Origin: an uncultured Flavobacteriales bacterium
GTDB lineage: Bacteria; Bacteroidota; Bacteroidia; Flavobacteriales_D; Sanyastnellaceae
Assembly: GCA_965658045.1 (NCBI GenBank)
Contig: CBFHQO010000024.1
Span: 15,134-79,133 of the forward strand
Reading direction: 5' to 3'
Length of the DNA: 64,000 nt
Numbering within the stretch: the stretch's first letter is position 1; the number at the start of each line of letters is the position of its first letter. The notes under the pieces are model-generated. The model saw only the letters and a program-made list of their open reading frames with translations, was not told the DNA's origin and did not search any database. Shown here piece after piece: positions 35,142-44,289 of the stretch. A program made the position numbers and the translations under genes.

Positions 35142-36860
35142 TTGGACTCAAGTACCTTGGATGCCATGCGCCAAGGTCTGTTTCTGTCGTGGATTGCCTT
35201 CTCCCTGATGGCCTTGCCCTTGGACACATGGGGCAGTTCCCTCGACCTGGAGCGCGCCGACAGCCTTCGGCAATCGGGCAAGATGGTTCAAGCCCTGACC
35301 TTGTACCGGAGGCTGGCGACCGAAACGTTGACCGGCTGTGACTTCGCGAGGATTGAGGCCGGAATGGGGCACATCCAATGGAATGCAGGCAACGCCTCAG
35401 AAGCGCGTCCCCACCTCATGGCTGCCTCTGCGCAATGTGGCACATGTCCGACGGCCGTGAGAACACCCTTGGTGTTGGACATTGCCCACCACTTGCTCTC
35501 CAGCGGTTGGACGACTGACGCGATCGACCTGCTCGAGCAAGAACTGGAATGGGGACCCCATGCCACGGCTGTGAACGACGTCCACCTCTCCCTCGCCAAG
35601 TTGCACTTTGCGGAAGGGCATTGGCAGCGGACGTGGGACATGGCCTCGCAAGCCCAAGGCCCGGAAGCAGCAGGGATTGGGTTGCAAGCGGGGGCCATGC
35701 TGGGCAAAGGCTTGGCCGAATTGCCTTTGAACGAATTCATCCGCCAGGCCAAACCCTCCCAGCGCCGCGTGGTCACCGACGAGTTGAACCACCTGCACAC
35801 CTTGCTGACCGGCGAAGGCCGTCACGCCGAGGCCTTGACGTTGTCGCGCAAAATCAACACCCTCACCGACCCCATCGCCGACCCCACAGCATGGACCTTG
35901 TCTCAGCTCAACGTGGCCCGTTCCGCCGAACTGGCCAACAAGCCCCTCGAGGCGTTGTTGGCCTTTCACGAGGCGGGTCGGACGGCCGAGCAGTTGGACG
36001 ACCTTGGCCTGCGGGCACGCGTGGCACGAACCCAGGCGCAATTTGAAGAATCGCGCGGCGCCACGGCTTCAGCCTTGCGGCACTTGAGTTTGGCCGACAG
36101 CCTCACCTTGGCCATGCTGAACGCCACCAAGGCGTCCAAGGAAGCCAAGACCTTCGAAACCCATGCTGTCCTCCCCCAAGACCCCTTTGAACTGGCGGCG
36201 GCCGAGGCCATGGCCTCCAGCACCAACCCAGGCGCGTGGCCCTTTGCCTGCGCACTCATTTTCCTGGGGCTCTTGGCCACGGGCATGCGGGCGAACGAAC
36301 TGAAGCACACCTTGCGCCGCGAGCGTGTCCGCTCCCTCCGAATGCAGCGGATGATCCAACCACAAGACGCGTTGAATGGCACCGTCTCGGCGGACCTGGC
36401 CGTGAATGCAGAGGGCGGCGTGGAGGAAATCCTGACGCGGCCCAACCGTTTGGACTTCGAGGACATCATCGCCTCCTTGGAAATGGACCACGGCACCGAC
36501 GTGGAATGGGAATTGCAAGGCAATGCAGAAGGGCAGTCCGCGCCCGAAGGGCTGCTTTCCCTGCTCTCCGTCACCGTGAAGCGCTTGCTGGCCCACAAAC
36601 CCAAAGACGCGTCCATTCAAGGGGTCATCCGCAACGATTGGCACGGCATCCACGTGGAATTGGACGGACCGGATTCACCCTCCACCCAGGAGCTTCAGCG
36701 CATGTTTGCAGGAGGGGAGCACAGCTCGACTTGGAACCCCGTGCTGGTCCAGATTGAAAAGTTGGCCGGCCGGTTCACGGTCGAAAAGAAAGCCACAGGC
36801 GAGTTGGCGCTGACGTTCCTCCTCCCCCACACGGAGGATCAGCGCTCTCCAGCGAACTGA
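35142..36860 (+). CDS. TPR-repeat membrane protein with degenerate C-terminal HATPase-like domain
   Basis: N-terminal signal/anchor, about 330 aa of TPR-like helices, one TM (WPFACALIFLGLLATGM), a coiled segment, then a GHKL-ATPase-like C-terminus lacking clear N/G1/G2 boxes. No H-box is recognisable. ATG 35166 is an alternative start. Confidence 0.65.
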   Translation: MDSSTLDAMRQGLFLSWIAFSLMALPLDTWGSSLDLERADSLRQSGKMVQALTLYRRLATETLTGCDFARIEAGMGHIQWNAGNASEARPHLMAASAQCGTCPTAVRTPLVLDIAHHLLSSGWTTDAIDLLEQELEWGPHATAVNDVHLSLAKLHFAEGHWQRTWDMASQAQGPEAAGIGLQAGAMLGKGLAELPLNEFIRQAKPSQRRVVTDELNHLHTLLTGEGRHAEALTLSRKINTLTDPIADPTAWTLSQLNVARSAELANKPLEALLAFHEAGRTAEQLDDLGLRARVARTQAQFEESRGATASALRHLSLADSLTLAMLNATKASKEAKTFETHAVLPQDPFELAAAEAMASSTNPGAWPFACALIFLGLLATGMRANELKHTLRRERVRSLRMQRMIQPQDALNGTVSADLAVNAEGGVEEILTRPNRLDFEDIIASLEMDHGTDVEWELQGNAEGQSAPEGLLSLLSVTVKRLLAHKPKDASIQGVIRNDWHGIHVELDGPDSPSTQELQRMFAGGEHSSTWNPVLVQIEKLAGRFTVEKKATGELALTFLLPHTEDQRSPAN

Positions 36861-37855
36861 TCGAGGAAACGGCGGTCGTTCTCGAAGAAGTGGCGCAGGT
36901 CGCCAATTTGGTAGCGCAGCATGGTGATGCGTTCGATGCCCATGCCAAAGGCGAAACCGCTGTACACGTTGGGGTCGATGCCGTTGGCCTCCAGCACGTT
37001 GGGGTCAACCATGCCGCAGCCCAGGATCTCGAGCCACCCCGTGCCTTTGGTGATGCGCTTGTCCACCTCGGTCTTCAATCCCCAGTAGACGTCCACCTCC
37101 GCGCTGGGCTCTGTGAATGGGAAGTACGAAGGACGCAGGCGGATGTCGGTGTCTGGCCCGAAGAAGCAGCGCGCGAAATGTAGCAGGGTTTGCTTCAAAT
37201 CGGCGAACGAGACGTCCTTGTCGATGTAGAGGCCTTCGATTTGGTGGAACATGCAGTGCGCGCGTGCCGAAATCGCTTCGTTGCGGAACACACGTCCTGG
37301 CATGATCAACCGCATGGGCGGCTCGCGCTTTTCCATCTCACGCACCTGGACAGAGCTGGTGTGCGTGCGCAACAACACGTCGGGATTCCGCTCCACGAAG
37401 AACGTGTCCTGCATGTCGCGGGCCGGGTGCTCAGGCGGGAAGTTGAGGCCGCTGAACACGTGCCAATCGTCTTCAATTTCTGGGCCTTCCGCCACGGCAA
37501 ATCCCATGTTCTGGAAGATGTCGACGATTTCTCGTCGGACCACCTGCAAGGGATGGTGGGTGCCGATTGGCACACCTCCGGAGGGGCGGGTGGCGTCGAG
37601 GCCGGAAGCCTTGACTTTGGATGAACCGTCTGTCGACGCGGCTTTCACCTTGTCCTCGACAGCCTGCTTCAGCGCGTTGAGCATCGGGCCCAGCTCTCGC
37701 TTTTGGTCCCCCGGCACCTCCTTGAAGGCGGCCATGAGGTCCTTCATTTTGCCCTTTCGGCCCAGGTAGGCGACGCGAAACGCCTCCACCTCGTCCGCGC
37801 CAGAAAACTCTGCCGCGGCCACTTCAGCCATCAACTGCCCAATGCGGTCCTTCAT
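36839..37855 (-). CDS. pheS: phenylalanine--tRNA ligase alpha subunit
   Basis: Class II aaRS motifs (HPLQVV, FPPEHPARDMQDTFF, FRNEAISARAHCMFHQIEG, GMGIERI). Confidence 0.97.
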   Translation of the reverse strand: MKDRIGQLMAEVAAAEFSGADEVEAFRVAYLGRKGKMKDLMAAFKEVPGDQKRELGPMLNALKQAVEDKVKAASTDGSSKVKASGLDATRPSGGVPIGTHHPLQVVRREIVDIFQNMGFAVAEGPEIEDDWHVFSGLNFPPEHPARDMQDTFFVERNPDVLLRTHTSSVQVREMEKREPPMRLIMPGRVFRNEAISARAHCMFHQIEGLYIDKDVSFADLKQTLLHFARCFFGPDTDIRLRPSYFPFTEPSAEVDVYWGLKTEVDKRITKGTGWLEILGCGMVDPNVLEANGIDPNVYSGFAFGMGIERITMLRYQIGDLRHFFENDRRFLDQFAGER

Positions 37856-37862
37856 GGAATCC

Positions 37863-38642
37863 TCAGTTCAAACGCTTCATGCTCATCACCACATCTTCCA
37901 CAGGGCGGTCGCCTCGGCGGCGGTCCGTTTCCACAGCGGCGATGCTGTCGATGATGCTCAACCCTTCCACGACGTACCCAAAGACGGTGTACTGCATGTC
38001 CAAGAAGGGCGTGCCGCCCAACCGTTGGTAAGCTTCTCGGGATTCAGCAGAGTAGACGAACTGGCCGTTCTCCACGTTTTGCAATCCGTTGCCGTACTCG
38101 TTGGCGAAGTTGGCGATGCGACCCTCAATGCCGGACATCTCCACCTCGCTGAACGGACGACCTTGCACCAAGTAAAACTGACTTCCAGAACTGCGCTTTT
38201 CAGGGTTGATGTTGTCGCCCTGACGTGCCGCCGCGAGCGCCCCCTTGATGTGCAAGTGGTCGGGGCGAATTTCTGCTTCGATGGTGTAGCCAGGGCCTCC
38301 GCTTCCAAGTCGTGCGTTTTCTGAGGCGCCCTTGCTTTGAGGGTCGCCTCCTTGCACCATGAACTCTTTGATGACACGGTGGAACAACAAGCTGTCGTAA
38401 AACCCTTCTTCCACCAACTTGACAAAGTTGTCACGGTGTTGCGGCGTGGAATCGCTCAATTGCACGACCATGGGACCAAACCGGGTGTCGATTTGCACCT
38501 TCACGGGAGCGGTGGGCACCTCTTGGCCATTTGCCGCAGAATCGCAGCCGGACGCCGACATGAACAACAGGGCCACCGCAGTCAACAACGCCGCGGTGAA
38601 GAAGGTGGAAGTGGACAAACGCATTTGTGCTTTTTTCATCAT
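37863..38642 (-). CDS. cyclophilin-type peptidyl-prolyl isomerase, lipoprotein
   Basis: From ATG 38642: MMKKAQMRLSTSTFFTAALLTAVALLFMSASGC lipobox, then the cyclophilin core (FHRVIKEFMVQGGDP, SGSQFYLV, VFGYVVEG). Confidence 0.9.
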   Translation of the reverse strand: MMKKAQMRLSTSTFFTAALLTAVALLFMSASGCDSAANGQEVPTAPVKVQIDTRFGPMVVQLSDSTPQHRDNFVKLVEEGFYDSLLFHRVIKEFMVQGGDPQSKGASENARLGSGGPGYTIEAEIRPDHLHIKGALAAARQGDNINPEKRSSGSQFYLVQGRPFSEVEMSGIEGRIANFANEYGNGLQNVENGQFVYSAESREAYQRLGGTPFLDMQYTVFGYVVEGLSIIDSIAAVETDRRRGDRPVEDVVMSMKRLN

Positions 38643-38693
38643 CTTTGAGGTCTGACGGACAAAGTTAGACCCTGCCCTGACAAGAAGAAGACC

Positions 38694-39074
38694 ATGATTC
38701 GCATTTTCTCCACCGCCCTCGCTGCCGCTTCCATCCTCCTCATGGCCGGATGCTATGAAATGGATGAAACCATCGCCAACGTGTACGTGGTGCGCATGGA
38801 AGGGGGTGAAGAAGTGCCCGTATCCGACGCCTCGGTCCGGTTGTTTGCGTTGGGGTCCTTGGACGAAGATTTCGTGGGTGAGCCCCGTTTCGACACCACA
38901 CAGGTGACGTCCAACGAAGGGTTCACTTCCTTCAACTTCTCCCCATACTACGTGGCAGGACAAGCTGGGTTTGCGGTGCTCGACGTGGAATGCACCAAAG
39001 GTGCGTTGAGCGGCACCGGCCTCATCAAGATTGAAGAAATGATGACCAACGAAACCACGGTCATCATGGAGTGA
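38694..39074 (+). CDS. small lipoprotein, hypothetical (126 aa)
   Basis: Lipobox ILLMAGC followed by a beta-rich sequence. No family recognised. Confidence 0.55.
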   Translation: MIRIFSTALAAASILLMAGCYEMDETIANVYVVRMEGGEEVPVSDASVRLFALGSLDEDFVGEPRFDTTQVTSNEGFTSFNFSPYYVAGQAGFAVLDVECTKGALSGTGLIKIEEMMTNETTVIME

Positions 39075-39080
39075 CCTCGG

Positions 39081-39449
39081 TCAATCCATTCCCTTGTTCT
39101 CCTCTACCTCCCTTCCGATCCACGCGGCGAAGTAGTCCAACAGGGCCCGCTTCATCATGGTCTCTTGCTCCGCTGGGCTCAGCGCTGGCAAAGGATCGCC
39201 TGCAGTGAAATGAGGCCATCCGTCCTCGTCCTCTCCCTCGCGCACGTAATGGCCCAATGGCTCCAGCAACGTGCACACGCCCACGTGCATCAGGTCCATC
39301 TTCTCGTCCTTCTTGTACCTGCGTGCGCCCTGGCCTGCTTCCTGCAACCCCACGGCGAACACCATGGTGGTCACATCCGGCTCTTCTCCGAAGCGGTCCG
39401 TCATTTTGGCGACCAGCGTGTTCCAGTCTTTTTCGAATGCGTAATCCAT
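39081..39449 (-). CDS. acidic cytoplasmic hypothetical protein (122 aa)
   Basis: Internal ATG 39449 of track ORF 39081..39542 (the upstream part overlaps the tRNA-Pro terminator). MDYAFEKDWNTLVAKMTDRFGEEPDVTTMVFAVGLQEAG... has ordinary globular composition. No family recognised. Confidence 0.5.
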   Translation of the reverse strand: MDYAFEKDWNTLVAKMTDRFGEEPDVTTMVFAVGLQEAGQGARRYKKDEKMDLMHVGVCTLLEPLGHYVREGEDEDGWPHFTAGDPLPALSPAEQETMMKRALLDYFAAWIGREVEENKGMD

Positions 39450-39483
39450 GGGCGTTGCAAAGGTTGCCAAAGGGGCACAAAAA

Positions 39484-39505
39484 AAGCCACGTTTGACCGT
39501 GGCTT
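39484..39505 (-). terminator. intrinsic terminator after tRNA-Pro
   Basis: 8-bp stem aagccacg/cgtggctt with a 6-nt loop. On the minus strand it is followed by a T-run (plus-strand aaaaa 39481..39485). Confidence 0.5.
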
Positions 39506-39509
39506 TCTG

Positions 39510-39582
39510 TCGGGATGACTGGACTTGAACCAGCGACCACACGTCCCCCAGACGCGTACTCTACCAACTGAGCTACATCCCG
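39510..39582 (-). tRNA. tRNA-Pro (anticodon GGG)
   Basis: The reverse complement folds as acceptor CGGGATG/CATCCCG plus A, D-arm GCTC-AGTTGGTA-GAGT, anticodon stem CGCGT/ACGTG with loop CTGGGGG (G37 as in Pro tRNAs), and T-arm GCTGG-TTCAAGT-CCAGT. Confidence 0.92.
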
Positions 39583-39638
39583 ATGGAGGGGTGCAAATGT
39601 AGGCGTTTTTCTCCCACTGAAAAAAGGGCTTGACAAAG

Positions 39639-39646
39639 TAGATTTG
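39639..39646 (+). promoter_or_regulatory. candidate -7 promoter box TAGATTTG upstream of pheT
   Basis: Exact TAnnTTTG match 34 nt before ATG 39681. No well-spaced -33 TTG was found. Confidence 0.35.
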
Positions 39647-39680
39647 CAGAAGGCCATTTGGCCGGAATCAACCGCATCCC

Positions 39681-42179
39681 ATGAAAATTTCTGCCAGCTG
39701 GCTCCGAGAGTTGTTCCCACACGACGTGGATGTCCAACAAGCCGCCCAAGTCTTGACCGCCACAGGTTTGGAAGTGGAAGGTGTGGACCACGCCGAAGCC
39801 GTTCCAGGCGGGTTGCGCGGTGTGGTTGTCGGCCACGTCACAGAAGTGGTGCAACACCCCAACGCCGACCGCCTGCGCATTTGCACGGTGGACGTCGGGC
39901 ACGAGGACGGTCCCTTGAGCATCGTGTGTGGCGCGTCCAACGTCGCAGAAGGCCAAAAAGTGCCTGTGGCCACTGTCGGCACAACCCTCCATCCCACAGG
40001 CGGTGAGCCATTCAAAATCAAAAAAGGCAAGATCCGTGGCGAAGTGTCCTTGGGCATGATTTGCGCCGAGGACGAGTTGGGCCTTGGATCAGGGCACGAC
40101 GGCATCATGGTGTTGGCCCAAGACGCCCCCGTAGGGGCAGACATGGCCCAAGTGGTGGGCCTCGAAGGAGACGATGTCATCGAAATCGGACTGACCCCCA
40201 ACCGAAACGACGCCATGGGCCATTGGGGCGTGGCCCGGGACCTCCGGGCCGGGTTGCTGCACGGCACCGTGGAAGGCATCGGCCCCATGTCCACAGACGA
40301 TCTCGTGTTGCCTGCGTGCAGCGATTTGAATGCCGCCTTGAAGGAATCCACGTCCGTGTCGTTGTCCGTGGCGGCAGCAGAAGACTGCCCCCACTACCTG
40401 GCCGTGGAACTGCACAACGTCCAGGTGGGTCCCAGCCCAGACTGGGCCCAAAAGCGGTTGCGCGCCATTGGCGTCCAGCCCTTGAACAACGTGGTGGACG
40501 CGACCAATTTGGTGCTGCACGAATTCGGCAACCCCTTGCATGCCTTTGACCTCGACAAGATCGGCGGAGGCCAAATCGTGGTCCGCAAGGCCACCCAAGG
40601 CGAGCCCTTCACCACCCTCGACGGCGAACGCCGCGAACTCGACACCAAAGACCTCGTCATCGCCGATGCGGCCGAACCCATGTGCCTCGCCGGCGTCTAC
40701 GGCGGCTTCGACAGCGGGGTGTCAGAAGGCACGACCAAAGTGATCCTCGAAGCGGCTTGGTTCAACCCTGTGACTGTGCGCAAGAGCGCCAAGCGTCACA
40801 CGCTCAGTACAGACGCGAGCTTCCGGTTTGAGCGCGGCGTCGACCCCAACACCGTGCGCTTGGCTGCGGAACGTTGCGCCCAACTCTTGACGGAATGGGC
40901 CGGGGCGCACGTGGTCGCGGCCACAGAACATGTGGGTACGGTGACCGTCCAAGACGCGCAGGTGGACCTTGACTTGGGTTGGCTCGGGCGCTTTTTGGGC
41001 ACCGATATCGCAGAAGACCGGTTGAAGTCCATCCTGGACGCGCTGGACATCGCGGTCACCAAAGAACAAGGCGCGACATGGACCCTCACGGTTCCCGCGT
41101 ACCGCAGCGACGTGACCCGCCCAGCGGACGTGGCGGAAGAGATTTTGCGCATCCACGGCTTCGATCACGTTCCGTTGCCAACCCGAATGACGGGGACGTT
41201 GGAGGTGCCCGCCAAGCCCAACCGCGAAGACGTGTTGTTCGGGTGGCGTGAGCTGTTGGTCAGTCAAGGGTTCACAGAAATCATGTCCAACTCCTTGACC
41301 AAGGCCAAGTACGCTGAGCTCGTCAAAGACCGCGACTTGGACCCTGAAGCGTCGGTCCACATGCTCAACCCTTTGAGCTCCGACTTGGGGGCCATGCGCC
41401 AAAGCCTGCTGTTCCAAGGCCTCGAAGCCGTGGCACGCAACAGCAAGCACAAGCAACCCGACCTTCGCTTGTTCGAATTTGGTCGGACCTACACCCAGCG
41501 GGACGTGACCGACGAAGACGGCACTGTGCGCAAGGCGTACGACGAGAAGGAGCACCTCAGCCTGTGGGTGACCGGAAGGGACAAGCCCGAAACCTGGAAT
41601 GCGCCCAAAGGCAAGGACGGTCAGGCCGACATGTTCACGCTGAAACACGCCGTGGAGTCGTTGCTGGCGAAGGTGGGCTTGAACGTCTTCTCCGAAGCCG
41701 AAGCAAACACCGACGGGCTGTTGGCGGAAGGCATTGTTCTTCGGCATGCGAACGGCCAAGAGGTCGGACGCTGGGGACTGGTCCAGCCTTCCGTGACCCA
41801 GGCGTGCGAGGTGGATGTGCCTGTGTTTTGGACCGACTTCGACGTTGCCAAATTGTGGAAGGCGGTGAAGAAGCGACGCGTGAAGGCACACGACCTGGCG
41901 CGGTTCCCCGCGGTGCGTCGCGATTTGGCCTTGGTGGTGTCCAAGGCTGTGGCGTACGAAACCCTCAAAGTGGCGGCGGAAAAGGCCGAGCGCAAACTGC
42001 TCAAAGGCGTCGAATTGTTCGACGTCTACGAGGGCAAGGGGCTCGAAGAAGGCGAGAAGAGCTACGCCATGGCGTTCACCTTGCAGAACCCCGACGCCAC
42101 GCTGAATGACAAGCAAATCGATTCTGCGATGTCCCGAATCTTGAAGGCCCTTGAATCGGCTGGCGCCCGCCTGCGTTGA
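39681..42179 (+). CDS. pheT: phenylalanine--tRNA ligase beta subunit
   Basis: MKISASWLRELFP..., a tRNA-binding OB domain (GLRGVVVGHV...HPNADRLRICTVDVG), and the B3/4, B5 and FDX-ACB domains in order. Confidence 0.97.
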   Translation: MKISASWLRELFPHDVDVQQAAQVLTATGLEVEGVDHAEAVPGGLRGVVVGHVTEVVQHPNADRLRICTVDVGHEDGPLSIVCGASNVAEGQKVPVATVGTTLHPTGGEPFKIKKGKIRGEVSLGMICAEDELGLGSGHDGIMVLAQDAPVGADMAQVVGLEGDDVIEIGLTPNRNDAMGHWGVARDLRAGLLHGTVEGIGPMSTDDLVLPACSDLNAALKESTSVSLSVAAAEDCPHYLAVELHNVQVGPSPDWAQKRLRAIGVQPLNNVVDATNLVLHEFGNPLHAFDLDKIGGGQIVVRKATQGEPFTTLDGERRELDTKDLVIADAAEPMCLAGVYGGFDSGVSEGTTKVILEAAWFNPVTVRKSAKRHTLSTDASFRFERGVDPNTVRLAAERCAQLLTEWAGAHVVAATEHVGTVTVQDAQVDLDLGWLGRFLGTDIAEDRLKSILDALDIAVTKEQGATWTLTVPAYRSDVTRPADVAEEILRIHGFDHVPLPTRMTGTLEVPAKPNREDVLFGWRELLVSQGFTEIMSNSLTKAKYAELVKDRDLDPEASVHMLNPLSSDLGAMRQSLLFQGLEAVARNSKHKQPDLRLFEFGRTYTQRDVTDEDGTVRKAYDEKEHLSLWVTGRDKPETWNAPKGKDGQADMFTLKHAVESLLAKVGLNVFSEAEANTDGLLAEGIVLRHANGQEVGRWGLVQPSVTQACEVDVPVFWTDFDVAKLWKAVKKRRVKAHDLARFPAVRRDLALVVSKAVAYETLKVAAEKAERKLLKGVELFDVYEGKGLEEGEKSYAMAFTLQNPDATLNDKQIDSAMSRILKALESAGARLR

Positions 42180-42188
42180 TTTTTGACC

Positions 42189-43517
42189 ATGGCGAAGACC
42201 CGACCCATTTTGACTCCGCCAGTGCAGGTGTCCCACTTGTACTACAGGCTGACCCGTGTGCTGGTCTGGAGCGGCATCACCCGGTACTTCCGCATCCGCG
42301 GCCTCGACGGATTCGACACCCTGCCCAAGCCAGGCACGCCGGCCATCTTCATCAGCAACCACCAAAACGGCATGATGGACCCCATGCCCATCTGCGCGTT
42401 CATCCCGCAACAGATGCACTATTTGACGCGGGCCGATGTGTTCTGGAACCCTGTGTTCAGGCACTTCCTGTACGGCTACAACCAAATGCCGGTGTACCGC
42501 CAGCGCGACCGGCTTGCGGACTTGCGCCACCGCAACGACATCATCTTTGACGTGTGCGTGGACCGCATGGAGGCAGGCGCCGCGATGGCCCTTTTTCCAG
42601 AGGGCAACCACAACCCCTTCCCCTCCCTTCGTCCCCTGAAAGGCGGGTTGGCGGAAATGCTGGCCCGCGGGGCACGCAAGCACGACAGCCTTCGCGACAT
42701 CCAGTTGATCCCAATCGGGTTGGATTACGAACACTACGCCGATTGGCGTCGACAGCTGCGCGTGCGGGCCGGGGAACCCATTCCCTACGCCGATTGTCTG
42801 AATGACGATGGCACCATGGACAAAGCGGCTTTCCACGAACGGGTGGCCACGGCCATGAAGAAGGTCATGGTGGACATCCAACCGGCAGAGGCCCAACACG
42901 TGTTCCACGACGGGTTGCGCGCCAAGCGCACGACAGAACGCGACGCCCATGAATGGGCATCCATCCCCGCCACGCTCGAAGGGTGGCGCAAGCGATGGGA
43001 AGAAGACCCTGCTTGGGCCACGCGCGTGACCGAAGCGCATCAAACCTGGCAAGATGCCCACCAAGCCCATCCAGCCCCAGGACGCCCTGAAGCCTGGGGG
43101 CAGGGACCTGAAGACGTCCGTGTGCGCCGTCCATGGGTGCGGGTGTTGGACCCGTTCGCACGCCTCGCCCAACTGCCCACCTGGCCCATTGCCGCGTTGA
43201 TTCGGCAGCGGGTGAAGAAGAAAGTGCGCAAGCTGGAATTTGTGTCCACCATGCGCATGGGCTTTGCGATGGTGTTGTTCCCCATTGTGTGGTTGATCGA
43301 ATCGGCGGTGGCCGGCGCCTTGGCCCCAGACGGATGGGGTGTGGTGGCCGCAGCGGGCATGTGGGTTTGGGGGAACGTGGGCTCCCGGCTGTTCGGCCGG
43401 TTCAACGACGCCATGCACACGTTGCGAGACGCAGAGGACGGACACGCGTTTTGGCACGACGCCAAGCACAGCACCGTTCGCGACGCGTGGAAGAACTACC
43501 TCGATGCGCTGAAATGA
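42189..43517 (+). CDS. PlsC-family acyltransferase with C-terminal membrane extension
   Basis: Acyltransferase motif I NHQNGMMD (HX4D) and motif III FPEGNHN, with a hydrophobic C-terminal region. ATG 42189 is preferred over TTG 42183. Confidence 0.82.
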   Translation: MAKTRPILTPPVQVSHLYYRLTRVLVWSGITRYFRIRGLDGFDTLPKPGTPAIFISNHQNGMMDPMPICAFIPQQMHYLTRADVFWNPVFRHFLYGYNQMPVYRQRDRLADLRHRNDIIFDVCVDRMEAGAAMALFPEGNHNPFPSLRPLKGGLAEMLARGARKHDSLRDIQLIPIGLDYEHYADWRRQLRVRAGEPIPYADCLNDDGTMDKAAFHERVATAMKKVMVDIQPAEAQHVFHDGLRAKRTTERDAHEWASIPATLEGWRKRWEEDPAWATRVTEAHQTWQDAHQAHPAPGRPEAWGQGPEDVRVRRPWVRVLDPFARLAQLPTWPIAALIRQRVKKKVRKLEFVSTMRMGFAMVLFPIVWLIESAVAGALAPDGWGVVAAAGMWVWGNVGSRLFGRFNDAMHTLRDAEDGHAFWHDAKHSTVRDAWKNYLDALK

Positions 43518-43566
43518 GCGGAAATCCGCGGAAGGTGTTGCATCTTCGTAGAGAACCACGCTTCAC

Positions 43567-44289
43567 ATGCCGTTAACTCCAGCACAACATAGCCCTGACG
43601 AACTTCGGGCCATGGGCAAGCAACGCATCCTCCTCGTCGACGATGAACCGGACATCCTGGAATTCATCGAATACAATTTGGTGAAAGAAGGCTACGACGT
43701 CCACACCGCCGGCAACGGTCGGGTCGGCGTGGAAATGGCCAAGAAGTTGTTGCCCGATCTCGTGCTCTTGGACGTCATGATGCCCGAGATGGACGGGGTG
43801 GAGGCGTGCGCGGAAATCCGTGAGCACGGCCCGCTGGCCCAAACCGTGGTGGCTTTCTTGACCGCCCGGGGTGAAGACTACAGCCAAATTGCGGGCTTTG
43901 AAGCTGGGGCCGACGACTACATCTTGAAGCCCATCAAGCCCAAGGTCTTGGTGTCGCGTGTCCAAGCGTTGCTTCGCCGAAAGAAAAACTCCGGATACGT
44001 GGGAGGCAACTACGACGGCACGGGCCTCATGATCGACCCTGAACGCTACGTGGTGATGCACCAGGGCCAAGAATTGAATTTGCCCAAGAAGGAATTTGAG
44101 TTGTTGAGCCTGTTGGCCTCCCAGCCAGGCAAGGTGTTCAGCCGGGAGAAGATCCTCGCCAGCGTGTGGGGCACCGACGTGGTGGTGGGCGATCGGACCA
44201 TCGACGTGCACATCCGCAAGCTTCGGGAAAAACTCGGGGACGAATACTTCAAGACGGTCAAGGGCGTCGGGTACAAATTCGTCGGCTGA
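43567..44289 (+). CDS. OmpR/PhoB-family response regulator
   Basis: Receiver (ILLVDDEPDI...DLVLLDVMMPEMDG...KP) plus winged-helix output (LTKKEFELL..., GYKFV). Confidence 0.92.
   Translation: MPLTPAQHSPDELRAMGKQRILLVDDEPDILEFIEYNLVKEGYDVHTAGNGRVGVEMAKKLLPDLVLLDVMMPEMDGVEACAEIREHGPLAQTVVAFLTARGEDYSQIAGFEAGADDYILKPIKPKVLVSRVQALLRRKKNSGYVGGNYDGTGLMIDPERYVVMHQGQELNLPKKEFELLSLLASQPGKVFSREKILASVWGTDVVVGDRTIDVHIRKLREKLGDEYFKTVKGVGYKFVG

Noticed and set aside
40722-43559. 945-codon minus ORF; likewise 54916..57513 (865), 19714..21684 (656), 6402..8279 (625), 61519..63363 (614) and 4941..6041 (366)
   Set aside because: All are antisense to genes with unambiguous family signatures (pheT and acyltransferase, DUF5686, ssb and gldE, clpP and clpX, pdxA and yceD, tig). 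Long stop-free antisense frames are an expected by-product of GC-rich codon usage.
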